From NCBI GenBank assembly GCA_000002435.2, contig CM018793.1: a stretch of 64,000 nucleotides of DNA, one strand, 5' to 3'. Of the stretch, positions 40,101-48,282 are shown piece by piece. Numbering within the stretch: the stretch's first letter is position 1; each line of letters opens with the position of its first letter. The notes under the pieces were generated by a model, which was given only the letters and a program-made list of their open reading frames with translations, had not been told where the DNA came from and made no database searches. The DNA is from Giardia intestinalis (taxonomy: Eukaryota). The position numbers and the translations under genes are program-made.

Positions 40101-41760
40101 CATTGATGTGGCCGAAACCTCTCCGGAAAGCCAATCGGTGAGCCTTTGCGCAGATGGTATATCCCTTCTGTCCGCACGCCGTGGAAGGGCTATCAGCCAA
40201 ATAACCCGCCGGGAGCTGCAGACCATTGGGGTGAACTCGGCCGTAGACGATAGTACCACGTCTCTGCACGAAAGGCCGGGATACTGTCCGGTTTGCAAGC
40301 TTTTACGTGTTCCTTCGGACTTGCGCCTCACGCAGCGCGCTATGGCCTTGTGCCCCTCTTCCTCTCAGGCTGAAGAGCTTATCCATTACTGTGTGTGTGC
40401 CCAAGCAAGCGCCTTTCCAGATGCAGGAGAGTTCACCCATTCTTATTCAGAGCCTGCATGTACTAACTACAGTAACCACTCTATTGACAAGCTCATTCTT
40501 TCGTGCTACATACAGAAGGACAACTGCGATGCTAATAGCCACGCCCCGTCCCCTCTTCCTCGCGCTGCTCGTAGTGGGGCATCCTTTGGCCCGGGACCCT
40601 TGGTTTCTCAGGAGGATGTTGGCAAGAACAATGACAGAACGGTGTCTGCCAACGATTGTGAGTGTTTACCGAGTCAATTTGTCCTGTCGCACGTATCTGT
40701 ATCGCACCCTTCCTCAACAGTGGGCCCCTGGATGTTACCCTTCAGCAAAACAAGGTCGCTTGTGCTCACTTACACCGAGAGGCTAATAGTTTCTGCGATC
40801 TCGTACCTGTCACTTCGCTCCGGAATATATACCTCAATGCAGGTTCCAAGCGAGGCAGCGGCATCCTGCTTCACGAAATATGAGCAAACGCCAACTGTAA
40901 TCGGATGTAAGACGAACCAGGTACTTTTGTCTAAAGTAGATACGGTCTGCGAGCCTGGTAAAAAGCACTGTTTAGAAGCTGGGAGTGAGGTAAGAGAGAT
41001 TGGCGACGACTCTACTAACTCAGTCGGGAGCTCCGGGGCGGAAAGGGTGCGGTTAGCCTGCAGGCACCGAAGGAGGTCTGCCGGTAACACAGGAAATTTC
41101 AAGGCAGTGGGCTGGGCAGACGATCTGGGTGGAACGGAGGGGCGCACACAAAAGCCCCGCTATAGCACTTTATCTCATTCAAAGTCCGGGATGCTCACAC
41201 GATTGCCATATGCAGAGCTCCAAAGACTTGGATACGTAACTCCACTACCGAAGCAACGAAGGACGCCGGTAAAGTGGAAAAAGCCTAGTAAGGTTTTCTT
41301 ACTTTCTAAGGAAATATCCACCTGCTCGTCTAGAGAGCCGTGCATATCTGTGTGCTCTCTGGCCTTCACGGCGCATGGCGTATTCAACTGTCTGCTGCTT
41401 CTGGACATAGGGCTCATTGACTTTTTTCATACAGCACGCATGTTTCGGTGGATTGGCGTTGTAATTACAATCGTTCTAGCAGGAGTTTTAGCATCTATAT
41501 TGAAGGAGCTCAACACATACCTAGTCTTTGAAGACAAGAGTCCGGGATACGTCTGTGTTCCATATACACGGATATACGTCTCCCCGCGCCAGATCGTGGC
41601 TGTCTGTCTGCGCTTCCTCCTGCCGACAGTTTGCTTTATGGCAACAGGAGTGGGGCTAAGCCTGTACCCACAGTCACGTCTTCTGATGCTTCTGTTGGCT
41701 CTACTCGAGTGTATGTTCGTCGCAAAAATAAGCAAATTCTCAATTCGGAACATTTCGTAG
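34174..41760 (+). CDS. Giant Myt1/Wee1-family protein kinase with split catalytic domain and C-terminal TM anchor
   Basis: N-lobe at aa ~60-195: LGQGCSGKTYKVLFQRDGRLYAMKKKR (compare Myt1 GRLYAVKR), and catalytic loop IAHCDLKPENILV. The C-lobe resumes at aa 1238 with DFG (LSDFGHAQ, nt 37885-37893), followed by GDSRYICPQFL, DVYSFGMTILEVMTNVNIPPNGE (compare Myt1 DVFSLGLTILEVA…ELPHGGE) and LIEPDTSLRPSI. Two C-terminal hydrophobic helices lie at aa ~2440-2520. Single uninterrupted ORF. Confidence 0.8.
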   Translation: MPFAGSAHPPILQQKGPAKQKMQRPETPLGASMARRTCMEGSLVYLDKSTNIKSMQRVNHSIIMANYTVLEILGQGCSGKTYKVLFQRDGRLYAMKKKRSATSEDVKEGILITSLKCPVCIPCYLCWIEDNSTYFVTDLAHCSLDSILDYYHFLIEDLIWILMADISMALEYIHANGIAHCDLKPENILVTNRIDGYNVPPKNCGDSYTIDTSMDRLTPINDPNLKRSYVAQRAAALARSKSDKAKDTYINKSQNKPFSVASSSHSQQASATNTVPTTGVASVVSTPMHTSIVSTAVNQKLSEDTLYPIASENVTTSMDQLSLHTTFPRAQVIHSDLRNCILSTHRQSFPLIISPCYERAADGKYFVRHKKGGFLLDKINLIKRSYSDSTLVVLKHTETMLSNNYPREYIFCEYEDQFHNEVQDNSHLIIQHFELGSPMKTRYSTPMHRFSSTLNQTMDCQAVDADVDQGMRIPHLGMSEPVINFHFVNISERISDTEWTRSFEKPQSTIENSVDSVVFSSKQDLEVFRVEEESSGGMKSNCVPNELMRHSSVLAVSAKSLEKADDVIEDLEESLTATQPSKKVEVDHLSTDATLQNTSPTSQSNKAITLLATCKHDHTCHSAVFNCSEDSSTTNPKHATKLVSLQKDKSVLCAAFRKLPRNNSYRLALLAMVSRKPLYSLYFNTRFLYRRRPNHWAYYFNHCKKHTYHIAKPSFLLCRSVNSVPIKPKTLMDEILSLSHYDHNSQIPTVTMPAPQDQESVDQDSRGIKSAITIGLAKNFLLDSCSSSGLYIDEKSIKYANHDSSKSSILSSHLEGDISPSIEADTFTKQLSSIPHQSRCAMLPAPATTGQCSHQPNLAIQYNFDRYHHSGENPKVDTFRKRGHTMYNSSRHALQATTSPPSRSCSQGLTTWSVSRPTTDLSLSLLLEPTSTYDSAITEYAQYRTNNFKTNSRHNELAESLNKPTLQGQKRQNAFLGSLPDDMQLFNLSHSAHFQNGSFSGDIQPPFFEDYSYPNSRYAFSPAQAYKTPFTRSTGSQKKHDPCIYASSSKVHRLCRPKDMYAVLDVHPFQQMGFMDSDISCLLPPYGYQLYRANNLLSTSMCGDTYGNHSPMNFLSLVPSTSHTPVNVVPVAVDTEHSSPESSSSNEGSVQHTPLLTPRQFPVLPGPPDRDANCSNCSQPSIKSASFQDSMKCGDQTKQSNRPIFSPVSSDTSLSRSSVINTCNSQSILQNLVFTLSDFGHAQEAPFKESNTGDSRYICPQFLRTGIPDYSADVYSFGMTILEVMTNVNIPPNGESFECLRSHKKAVLDMLDANVFGRNLSAQLHEDDAAGSDLHRSLSFITPRITYSKDLWLAMLDLIEPDTSLRPSIRTWRKKWKSQLDRIDRTKLYQKIESDQRAVGLIMNDRLAPSAVDKMKDASSKDLLFPQHTSFTNGDSSHNPFQSTVSSCKSNADFINTLNSTYQSKVYYNKDNQIHPHSINNSTATSTKMVPIKWLDSCFCQDPSKSTNAISSINRPADMLNTRPLNYGDLHCSAHLDTQLNPSDLCHDTYKHAVPVPGTYTSICSCDTPCNVYAKSRSRSHCTDFQSRTELLGPDIGDDYLDFGLSYRQESMTPTTIVINKQHTNTQGSLQQDHHHVVGAMSMGPAKSVHKSARSEGAETPASLERCGYLSLNWHSSLNEDSFELDHSQLKSPTSALQKAHQSALTCAGLDVGALDSFSIRAESDMILLDNRMREAPSEIQVGEPFPISFQSHESSESALLSTELQLKALVDDGSCENLDVEPKDSDHLIKSAVNTTLSSKAHASTQSVALFASPRKPAEQTSATCTSESQIDSIQNDTLAVGKHVAVGQAHSSASFTSNTTDRGKANNPTQSIVNTLLNSPVSGIFEHSDHSDLSVHSTKSSKSCNSTLHQSVVHPKSFVKSSLSDQKSHLGQKDYASTQSLTSSCESALRNTHSLPHISPLCSSLRSVILSANPIDVAETSPESQSVSLCADGISLLSARRGRAISQITRRELQTIGVNSAVDDSTTSLHERPGYCPVCKLLRVPSDLRLTQRAMALCPSSSQAEELIHYCVCAQASAFPDAGEFTHSYSEPACTNYSNHSIDKLILSCYIQKDNCDANSHAPSPLPRAARSGASFGPGPLVSQEDVGKNNDRTVSANDCECLPSQFVLSHVSVSHPSSTVGPWMLPFSKTRSLVLTYTERLIVSAISYLSLRSGIYTSMQVPSEAAASCFTKYEQTPTVIGCKTNQVLLSKVDTVCEPGKKHCLEAGSEVREIGDDSTNSVGSSGAERVRLACRHRRRSAGNTGNFKAVGWADDLGGTEGRTQKPRYSTLSHSKSGMLTRLPYAELQRLGYVTPLPKQRRTPVKWKKPSKVFLLSKEISTCSSREPCISVCSLAFTAHGVFNCLLLLDIGLIDFFHTARMFRWIGVVITIVLAGVLASILKELNTYLVFEDKSPGYVCVPYTRIYVSPRQIVAVCLRFLLPTVCFMATGVGLSLYPQSRLLMLLLALLECMFVAKISKFSIRNIS

Positions 41761-41779
41761 CCGTAGACAGCCAAAATAA

Positions 41780-42415
41780 ATGCCTGTCAAGCACATCTAC
41801 CTTGTCCGCCATGGAGAGACAGATTTCAACACGGACCCCGAGCCCCGCATCAGAGGCCACGTTCCCAATCCACTGAACGAAATAGGGCGCCTCCATGCCA
41901 AGGAGGCCAGCGCCGCATTGAAGGACGTGAAATTTGATGCCATCTTTTACAGTAGAATTCCCCGTGCCAAGGAAACGGCCGAGGCCATTCGAGCCAATCA
42001 GCCCCAAGCTCGTTTTGAGGAGGAGCCCCTTGTTTGTGATATCTCTTGGGGCGACTGGGAGGGAAAGACGTACCTCGAGGCCTTTGGGACGCCCGAGCGC
42101 GTGCATCTCTTTAAGACAGACCCTGCGCGCCTCGAGATACCAAATGGAGAAAGCTTCTACTCCGTTCTGGCGCGCCTCGAGGCCCTGGTCCACAAGCTTG
42201 AGCGCAGCACCGACGAGACCATCTGCATTGTGTCTCATGGTGCCGTGCTCAACCTTTTCATGTGCTTGATCACCTCCGCCCCGCTGTCGAAGTTTTGGAT
42301 GTTCTATGGCGATGCATGCTCCATTTCGCAAGTGGATATGCACGACCCTTCGACGTTCCACATCCGCTCATACAACGAGACCCGTCACCTGTCTAAGAGT
42401 CTCCCTAGTAAATAG
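41780..42415 (+). CDS. Histidine phosphatase, phosphoglycerate mutase family
   Basis: YLVRHGETDFN (RHG catalytic His motif) plus a second His in ICIVSHGAVL. 211 aa. The ATG lies 19 nt after the upstream stop (ccaaaataaATG). Confidence 0.85.
   Translation: MPVKHIYLVRHGETDFNTDPEPRIRGHVPNPLNEIGRLHAKEASAALKDVKFDAIFYSRIPRAKETAEAIRANQPQARFEEEPLVCDISWGDWEGKTYLEAFGTPERVHLFKTDPARLEIPNGESFYSVLARLEALVHKLERSTDETICIVSHGAVLNLFMCLITSAPLSKFWMFYGDACSISQVDMHDPSTFHIRSYNETRHLSKSLPSK
42407..42413 (+). promoter_or_regulatory. AGTAAAT poly(A) signal overlapping stop codon
   Basis: ccctAGTAAATAGtcg. The TAG stop is at 42413-42415. Confidence 0.5.
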
Positions 42416-42418
42416 TCG

Positions 42419-44002
42419 TTAGGTTCTGTGGGGCCTAGTCGACGGGCTCAGATCTCCGTGCAGAACAGGCCCCTGGTAGCGGATGCGTCTGGAGGCGCAG
42501 GACGCCTCGCTGGACCCGACGTCCGTGCTCTGGACGAGGATGTCCGTCAGAGCAAGATCCTTCTGTCTACTTTCCTGGAAGAGTTCAGGAGTCAAAGATG
42601 ACTCTGCAGCACACGAAGGAATTGGTACTGCGTTGCTATAGATCACATGGGGCTTTGTAGCTGGTCGCTGCTTGTGTTTCCTGGCTTCACGTCGCAAGGC
42701 AGCCTGTAACAATACTGAGCTTGGAGCTGGTAGATCAAGGGCTGAAATCCGGAGGGGCGGGCTTTGTGTTCCAGAGGTGCGCTTTGATAGGCGCATGCGT
42801 GCACGGTAGAGAGAGCTCATGTGTGAAAGCCGCGTGCTAAAGGACGAGTCCTCTCCAACGCTTGAAGGTCGAATAGGCTTGTGGACTGCGGCGACAAAGT
42901 CATCGCAAACAACACGGGCATAAGTGGGCTGAGCGGTCAACACCCGCGCGATGTTCAAACCTGGGGCCGAGTGTGGACGGTTGCCTGTACGGAAAGCAAT
43001 TTCTCTCTGTATATGTGGGCCGTGAATCTTCTCCAAACGTTCCATGGCTTTTTGGTGCTCTCGATAGGTGCGTGTCTGCATGTAAAGGGGTGTGCTAACG
43101 TGTAGACGATCAACAACGTTGGAGCTAAGATACTCACGAGTCTTTTGCGAAAGACTTCTTTCCACCGCTTGTGCAGTCTGGGCACGCCGAGCACGCGCTT
43201 GCTCGTCACGAAGTGCCCGAGGAAGATCGAGCTTCTGACGAGTCGCTTCCTTAATTACTTTGAGCCTGTTCGGTTGCAAGTAGGCATCCAGGGCAGAGCC
43301 GTCGTTGATAAAATTACAATTATGGTTATCGTAGCGGATCAGTTGCGGGGACGAACTATGCAGGTGCGGAGATATTGTTCGCTGGGCCACCATTCGATCA
43401 TTTCGTTCGTAAAAGTTCAACCGAAAATGTGGATCCTGATCACATCTTGCTCGAAACAACGCTCTTGAAGGAGTCAGGTCTGGCTTAAAGGTGCACTCTG
43501 CCATCTCCTCCTTTTCTCGTTGATCCAAGTATTCGCGTAGTGTGCGGCTGGTCCGGTGCAAGGTATCTTCCTGCTCTTCAAGGCGTCGCCGAAGTCGAAC
43601 GTCATCCGACACCCGGTTCTGTACTCGTTGGCTGTATGGAGAAATATACCTGAAGTTCTGGCTACGCGATCTCTTGTGAGGCGGTGACTGGTACTCTCCT
43701 GTGCGTTTTCTCTTTTGCCGAGTACGTGGCTTGGAAGCATCCAGATCTTCGGGGGTGAGAAATCCATGAACAGGGTTGTAGTTTTCAGGCTTGGGGAGGC
43801 TGCTTGCGGGCTCATATAGTTTTGCGATCTTCTCCATGGTTGCTGAGACATCGTAAAGACTAATCGGATCAAGCTGCTCCTTCTCGGTCTGTAGCCCGCT
43901 TCGAGAGTCTGCTTCAGCGGACCGTTCTGTTGCTGATAAAATAAACGAGTCGCTGGGCTCACTGAGCCGAGCCTGTGGAACTACGTGAAGATTTGTATCC
44001 AT
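42419..44002 (-). CDS. Hypothetical protein (basic, coiled-coil-rich)
   Basis: 527 aa. ATG 44002 is preceded by ctcgaattaagaataaATG. Contains an ECTFKPDLTP motif. No confident family assignment. Confidence 0.6.
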   Translation of the reverse strand: MDTNLHVVPQARLSEPSDSFILSATERSAEADSRSGLQTEKEQLDPISLYDVSATMEKIAKLYEPASSLPKPENYNPVHGFLTPEDLDASKPRTRQKRKRTGEYQSPPHKRSRSQNFRYISPYSQRVQNRVSDDVRLRRRLEEQEDTLHRTSRTLREYLDQREKEEMAECTFKPDLTPSRALFRARCDQDPHFRLNFYERNDRMVAQRTISPHLHSSSPQLIRYDNHNCNFINDGSALDAYLQPNRLKVIKEATRQKLDLPRALRDEQARARRAQTAQAVERSLSQKTREYLSSNVVDRLHVSTPLYMQTRTYREHQKAMERLEKIHGPHIQREIAFRTGNRPHSAPGLNIARVLTAQPTYARVVCDDFVAAVHKPIRPSSVGEDSSFSTRLSHMSSLYRARMRLSKRTSGTQSPPLRISALDLPAPSSVLLQAALRREARKHKQRPATKPHVIYSNAVPIPSCAAESSLTPELFQESRQKDLALTDILVQSTDVGSSEASCASRRIRYQGPVLHGDLSPSTRPHRT

Positions 44003-44531
44003 TTATTCTTAATTCGAGAAACTAGTCTCGACAGCACCCCAGGAAGGGTCCTCTTGAAGCGTCAGGCCCAGACATAGAAAGCTTATATCTGTGGTAAAAA
44101 ACTCAAATTTACATTTGTTGCCGACTCAAAGGACGAAAGATTTGAAGCACATGGCGAGTCAGGGAGTGATACGGTGTAGTTCTAAAATAATTGAATGTGT
44201 CATAACAGATGCATAGCTAGAAGAGGTGAACATAAGATCATCTTGCCGAGCCCATTTTCAGCACAATCTCTGTGCTTAGAAGCTCATTCTCTGAAGTGCC
44301 AGAGGCTTGCAGCCACAAAGACATCTTCTGCCCTTAGTTTTTATAAAGGAAGTCCATAATATACGTCGAAGTTATGGCAAGCTCTATTGCAAGAGTGTAA
44401 CACGCCTGCCTACCTTGTAACTTTCAATCTCCGGATCAATTAAAATTGCCTTGGTGAAACGTCACAGTGTATCTAAAACGACTTGTGCATAAATTAACCA
44501 GAAATACAGGACTGGATAACGCATTATAAAA

Positions 44532-45122
44532 ATGCACACCTTTGGTGAGCAGCTTAATGGTATATGCTCTAAAAAGGCTGCTGGGGTCGGTGCTCGCACA
44601 GCCAGATCACGTGATGATGGGAAGAGCGTGCTCCAACATATGCTCCTTGCTGTTAGTATGATTCTCGCTGCGTCTATTGGACTAATGTCCACCTCGACCT
44701 ACTTCTCTTTGGGAAAGGCCGATCCCGTTAATAGATTGAATCCTTCTGACGTCGCTCACATCTCGAATAGCATGCGTTTTGTTATTTCTTCCGATGTTAC
44801 ACCAACATACAATGCCATCCTAAAGCTCGTGGGCCACCTCTGCATAGGAATTTCACTGTGTACTGTCGTGCTTCTCTGCTTGCTGTTCGCCCACTGGATA
44901 TATGTTTTACCGTCCTGGAGTGTTTTTTGTAATCTAGGCATAGCTCTTGTCGCGACCCTGGAATACCTTGGCATTTCCATTCACCTCAGTATCATCAGCT
45001 CCCCACAAATCAGCAGGATTGTTTCCTTCCCACGGACAGTCCTTCTCCAAGCGGTTTCTATGGCGACAGCAATCGTCCTCTTCATCGCCGCATCTTTGTT
45101 TTCGGATACGATGCACAGGTAA
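44532..45122 (+). CDS. Hypothetical small membrane protein (~4 TM)
   Basis: 196 aa. Initiator gcattataaaaATG. Four hydrophobic helices. The stop lies 1 nt from the stop of the convergent ankyrin gene. Confidence 0.45.
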   Translation: MHTFGEQLNGICSKKAAGVGARTARSRDDGKSVLQHMLLAVSMILAASIGLMSTSTYFSLGKADPVNRLNPSDVAHISNSMRFVISSDVTPTYNAILKLVGHLCIGISLCTVVLLCLLFAHWIYVLPSWSVFCNLGIALVATLEYLGISIHLSIISSPQISRIVSFPRTVLLQAVSMATAIVLFIAASLFSDTMHR

Positions 45123-45123
45123 T

Positions 45124-48100
45124 TTACCTACGGGAATTGTTGCGAACACTGCGCACAGCCTCCTGGGCCTGTCTAAGCAATTTGATCATTTCATTGTTGT
45201 TCTTCTTGCAGGCAAGCATCAACGCAGTGTTTCTCTTAGCATCCTGAAGCATGACTTCGTATGGAACTAGCAATCTTGCAGACGTAAGGTTGTTGTTGGA
45301 AACTGCAGCCATCAGTGCCGACCATCCACTAGGTGTCTGCTCCCCTGCTTCGACGGGTGCTAGGATCTCTACGCACTCGTCAAACCCGAAGCGGGCCGCA
45401 AACATCAAGGCGGTGAACCCCTTATTTGTCTTGAGATTTGCTTCGTAGTCTTTCAGTGACTTAACTATCTCAGCTTGGTTGTCTAAAACAGCCATCATCA
45501 TAGCAGACCAACCCTCAGCGTCCTGGAGTCCGCACTCCGTTCCGGCGAGCACTTGGACGCCGATGAGGTTGCAGTTGCGTGCAGCAAACATCAGCGCTGT
45601 ACGGCCCATGTTGGCACGCTTTCCTGCCTCTTCCTTCTGGAGGACAAGCACGATGTCGTTCAGACCGAGCTGCGCCGCCATCATTAGGGCTGTTCTCCCC
45701 TCCGGATCTTGCACGTTGCTCTCTGCATACACCAGTTTTTCGACGCACTCGACTTCATTATTCAGAGTAGCGTACATCATAGCCGTTCTTCCATAACTAT
45801 CACAGAGCTTCGCCTCCTCTTTGATAAGTAAAGGAATTATGCCAGACCTCCCCATGTATGCAGCGATCATCATCGCGCTGACCTTGCTCCTATCCTGGAT
45901 CCCAGCCTCGCACCCAGCAAGCAGTTCCACGCATCCTATTGCGTTGAACTTGATAGCTATCATTAATGCGGTCCAACCATCGTTGGTGACACTGCGCGCT
46001 TCATGGTCCATAAGAAGCCTCACCGCTTCGACACTGTTGTGAAACGCAGCAACCATGAGGGCTGTCCACCCCTCATTAGTTTTTCTACCAGCTTCGCCTG
46101 CCTTTATCAGCAACTTTGCATTGGCAATATCCCCAATGCGAGCAGCAACCATCAAAGCTGTCATATGGGTGTCCGAACATAGGTTTGCCTGTGTCTTCAT
46201 ATTCTGCTTAATAAGCTTCTTGTCTCCATTGTAGATTCCTTGCATAAGGTCTGTATAACTGGGATCAGCTTCAAAGTTCGGGATCTCCAGGATTGTTATG
46301 TCATTTCTTTGGATGTGCCTGCTCAGCGGACCAATGGGCATGGCTGTCTGGGAGGGGTTAAGGCAGAGCGTGTCCTCGTAGCGGTCTGCAGAGGTCGACG
46401 CCCTGAGGTCCACATAGGTTGGTCTAAGATCTACTTCTTCTTTTAGTCGAATGGTTGAAGACCTCATGGACATAGTGGGGGTTTGTAGGCGTGAAGGGGA
46501 TTCTATTTGGTCAACGCTAAAGTCTTCTTGGGGCAATGCATTAGACCTTGCTCTAGGGTTCCTTGACCCCGATTTGCTTCGAGAAAGTGTGCGACTCTTG
46601 GTAACTAAGTTAACATCTCTAGAACTGACGGGGTGAAGAATGCTTGCCGTTAGACTAGATTCCGTCGGGTTGAAATTTTCAGCGGTAGTACTGGGTCCAT
46701 AAAATGTTCCGGAGAGAGGATTGACCTCTGCAAATCTGTTGTTCGTGTTGCTACGAATGGCCTTTATGTTTGATTTATTTAGCGCAGCCATAGTAGATGC
46801 AGACGCCCCGGGTTGCCTTGGCGGGGGTGAAACGTCCTCATAGTAGCGTGCAACCATCGCTTCTTGTAACTGTGGGTCTTTTGTAAGAATATCTGCATCA
46901 AGAGACCGTGGGTGGGTGCCCTGTGGTGGTGTGATAAGTTTCTTCTTCGACGCCTTCTCGATTGCTTCGTACAGAGAGTACTGAGCGTTATCAACGTACG
47001 AAGACCTAGATGCTGTGGGGCTTATGTTCCGCTGCTGGGTAGATGTACCCATCATGCTTGCTTGACCGGGTGTCACGTAGTTGGAGCGTCGAGGGGAAGT
47101 AGTTTGCAGATTGCTCTGCACAAGCGATCTGTTCAGGTTCCTGTTAAGATTACTCGTGTTATATGTGTTGGATAAGAGCGTGCTGCTTGTCAGAGTGCGC
47201 TCCGAGGCCATATTCCTGGTTTCAGCAGTAGAGGTTAGTTTGGTGTTGTCTACCTTGAGCGCTGTCGTGGGAGTGCGCGCCTTTGATACCTTAGCAGTAG
47301 CAGACTTGATAGTCGGCGTTTTGGGGCGCTTTTCGCGTAGTGTTACAGCAGACCCTTTATCCTTGTCTTTTCCCTTTCCGGGACTTCGCCTATTAATGAT
47401 CGAGACGTTCGGCGATAGGTCTAGGCTTGGCTCTACGTACCCAGAGACCTGAAGAGCATCGACAACTCCCGGCTCCGGGACAAATTCTAGCGTCCCCTGG
47501 TGAGGAGCCACAGGAGCCTCACTGCTAGCAGGAGCTGAGCTTGATGAGAGAGCAGGCCGCTGTGTGAGGTGGAGCTCTGCCGGGCGAACATTGTAGATGT
47601 TCGAGTCTTGAAGACCTTGGAGTCCGAGATCCGTCTGCGGAAGAATGTCATCATAGCGATAGTAATCCCTATCCATATCATCCTCCTCAGTCGGCACAGT
47701 GGCCAGGTAGTTTATTTTCCCGTCTCTGATGTATATAGTCAAGGCATGAACACAATCGGCGTGGCTGTTACCAGCTGCTGCAACGAGGGCTGCCTTGGCC
47801 TCCATGTCCGTTATCTCCTGTTTGTATCTTATCAGATAGTTGACGACATTGAGCTTCCCATTGCAGGCTGCATACGTCAAACAGGTGCGGCCTTTGAGGT
47901 CCTTAGTCTTTTCCAGATGGGGCAGCAGCACAGCGACAGACTTAAGCGCTCCCACGCTAGCAGCCAAGATAAGGGCGTCCTCCCCATACCCAAGTCTGTG
48001 GTCACACTCAGAGGGAATTTCGACCAGAAAGGAACATATCTCGGAGTTGTTGTTGAGCGCAGCAATCATCAGCGCATTATGTCCTTCGTTGTTGACAATC

Positions 48101-48282
48101 CCTGCCTCGACAGGGGCCAGCATTTTGGCGAGCTTAATGTCATTAAACTTTGCTGCCTTCATCAGCCCTGTCTCTCCTGCAGCGTCACGAGAACCGTGAA
48201 AGACCCCATCGGCATCATAGATCGCCTCGTAATCCTGGTTTCTGATGGCGTCAAACCAGTCCACCTGTGTCGAGACCTGCAT
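45124..48282 (-). CDS. Ankyrin-repeat protein, 21.1 family (1,052 aa)
   Basis: QVDWFDAIRNQDYEAIY…GETGLMKA N-terminal ankyrin block, a long Ser/Thr/Asn-rich middle, and a C-terminal block of ~11 ankyrin repeats. Initiator aaaaattaaaattttaatccATG. Confidence 0.85.
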   Translation of the reverse strand: MQVSTQVDWFDAIRNQDYEAIYDADGVFHGSRDAAGETGLMKAAKFNDIKLAKMLAPVEAGIVNNEGHNALMIAALNNNSEICSFLVEIPSECDHRLGYGEDALILAASVGALKSVAVLLPHLEKTKDLKGRTCLTYAACNGKLNVVNYLIRYKQEITDMEAKAALVAAAGNSHADCVHALTIYIRDGKINYLATVPTEEDDMDRDYYRYDDILPQTDLGLQGLQDSNIYNVRPAELHLTQRPALSSSSAPASSEAPVAPHQGTLEFVPEPGVVDALQVSGYVEPSLDLSPNVSIINRRSPGKGKDKDKGSAVTLREKRPKTPTIKSATAKVSKARTPTTALKVDNTKLTSTAETRNMASERTLTSSTLLSNTYNTSNLNRNLNRSLVQSNLQTTSPRRSNYVTPGQASMMGTSTQQRNISPTASRSSYVDNAQYSLYEAIEKASKKKLITPPQGTHPRSLDADILTKDPQLQEAMVARYYEDVSPPPRQPGASASTMAALNKSNIKAIRSNTNNRFAEVNPLSGTFYGPSTTAENFNPTESSLTASILHPVSSRDVNLVTKSRTLSRSKSGSRNPRARSNALPQEDFSVDQIESPSRLQTPTMSMRSSTIRLKEEVDLRPTYVDLRASTSADRYEDTLCLNPSQTAMPIGPLSRHIQRNDITILEIPNFEADPSYTDLMQGIYNGDKKLIKQNMKTQANLCSDTHMTALMVAARIGDIANAKLLIKAGEAGRKTNEGWTALMVAAFHNSVEAVRLLMDHEARSVTNDGWTALMIAIKFNAIGCVELLAGCEAGIQDRSKVSAMMIAAYMGRSGIIPLLIKEEAKLCDSYGRTAMMYATLNNEVECVEKLVYAESNVQDPEGRTALMMAAQLGLNDIVLVLQKEEAGKRANMGRTALMFAARNCNLIGVQVLAGTECGLQDAEGWSAMMMAVLDNQAEIVKSLKDYEANLKTNKGFTALMFAARFGFDECVEILAPVEAGEQTPSGWSALMAAVSNNNLTSARLLVPYEVMLQDAKRNTALMLACKKNNNEMIKLLRQAQEAVRSVRNNSRR

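Noticed and set aside
41636-42361. 241-aa ORF on the minus strand, fully antisense to the phosphoglycerate-mutase-family gene
   Set aside because: It lies entirely inside a well-supported sense gene with conserved RHG/SHG motifs. It has no initiator context or recognisable motif. Long antisense ORFs are common in GC-rich coding DNA.
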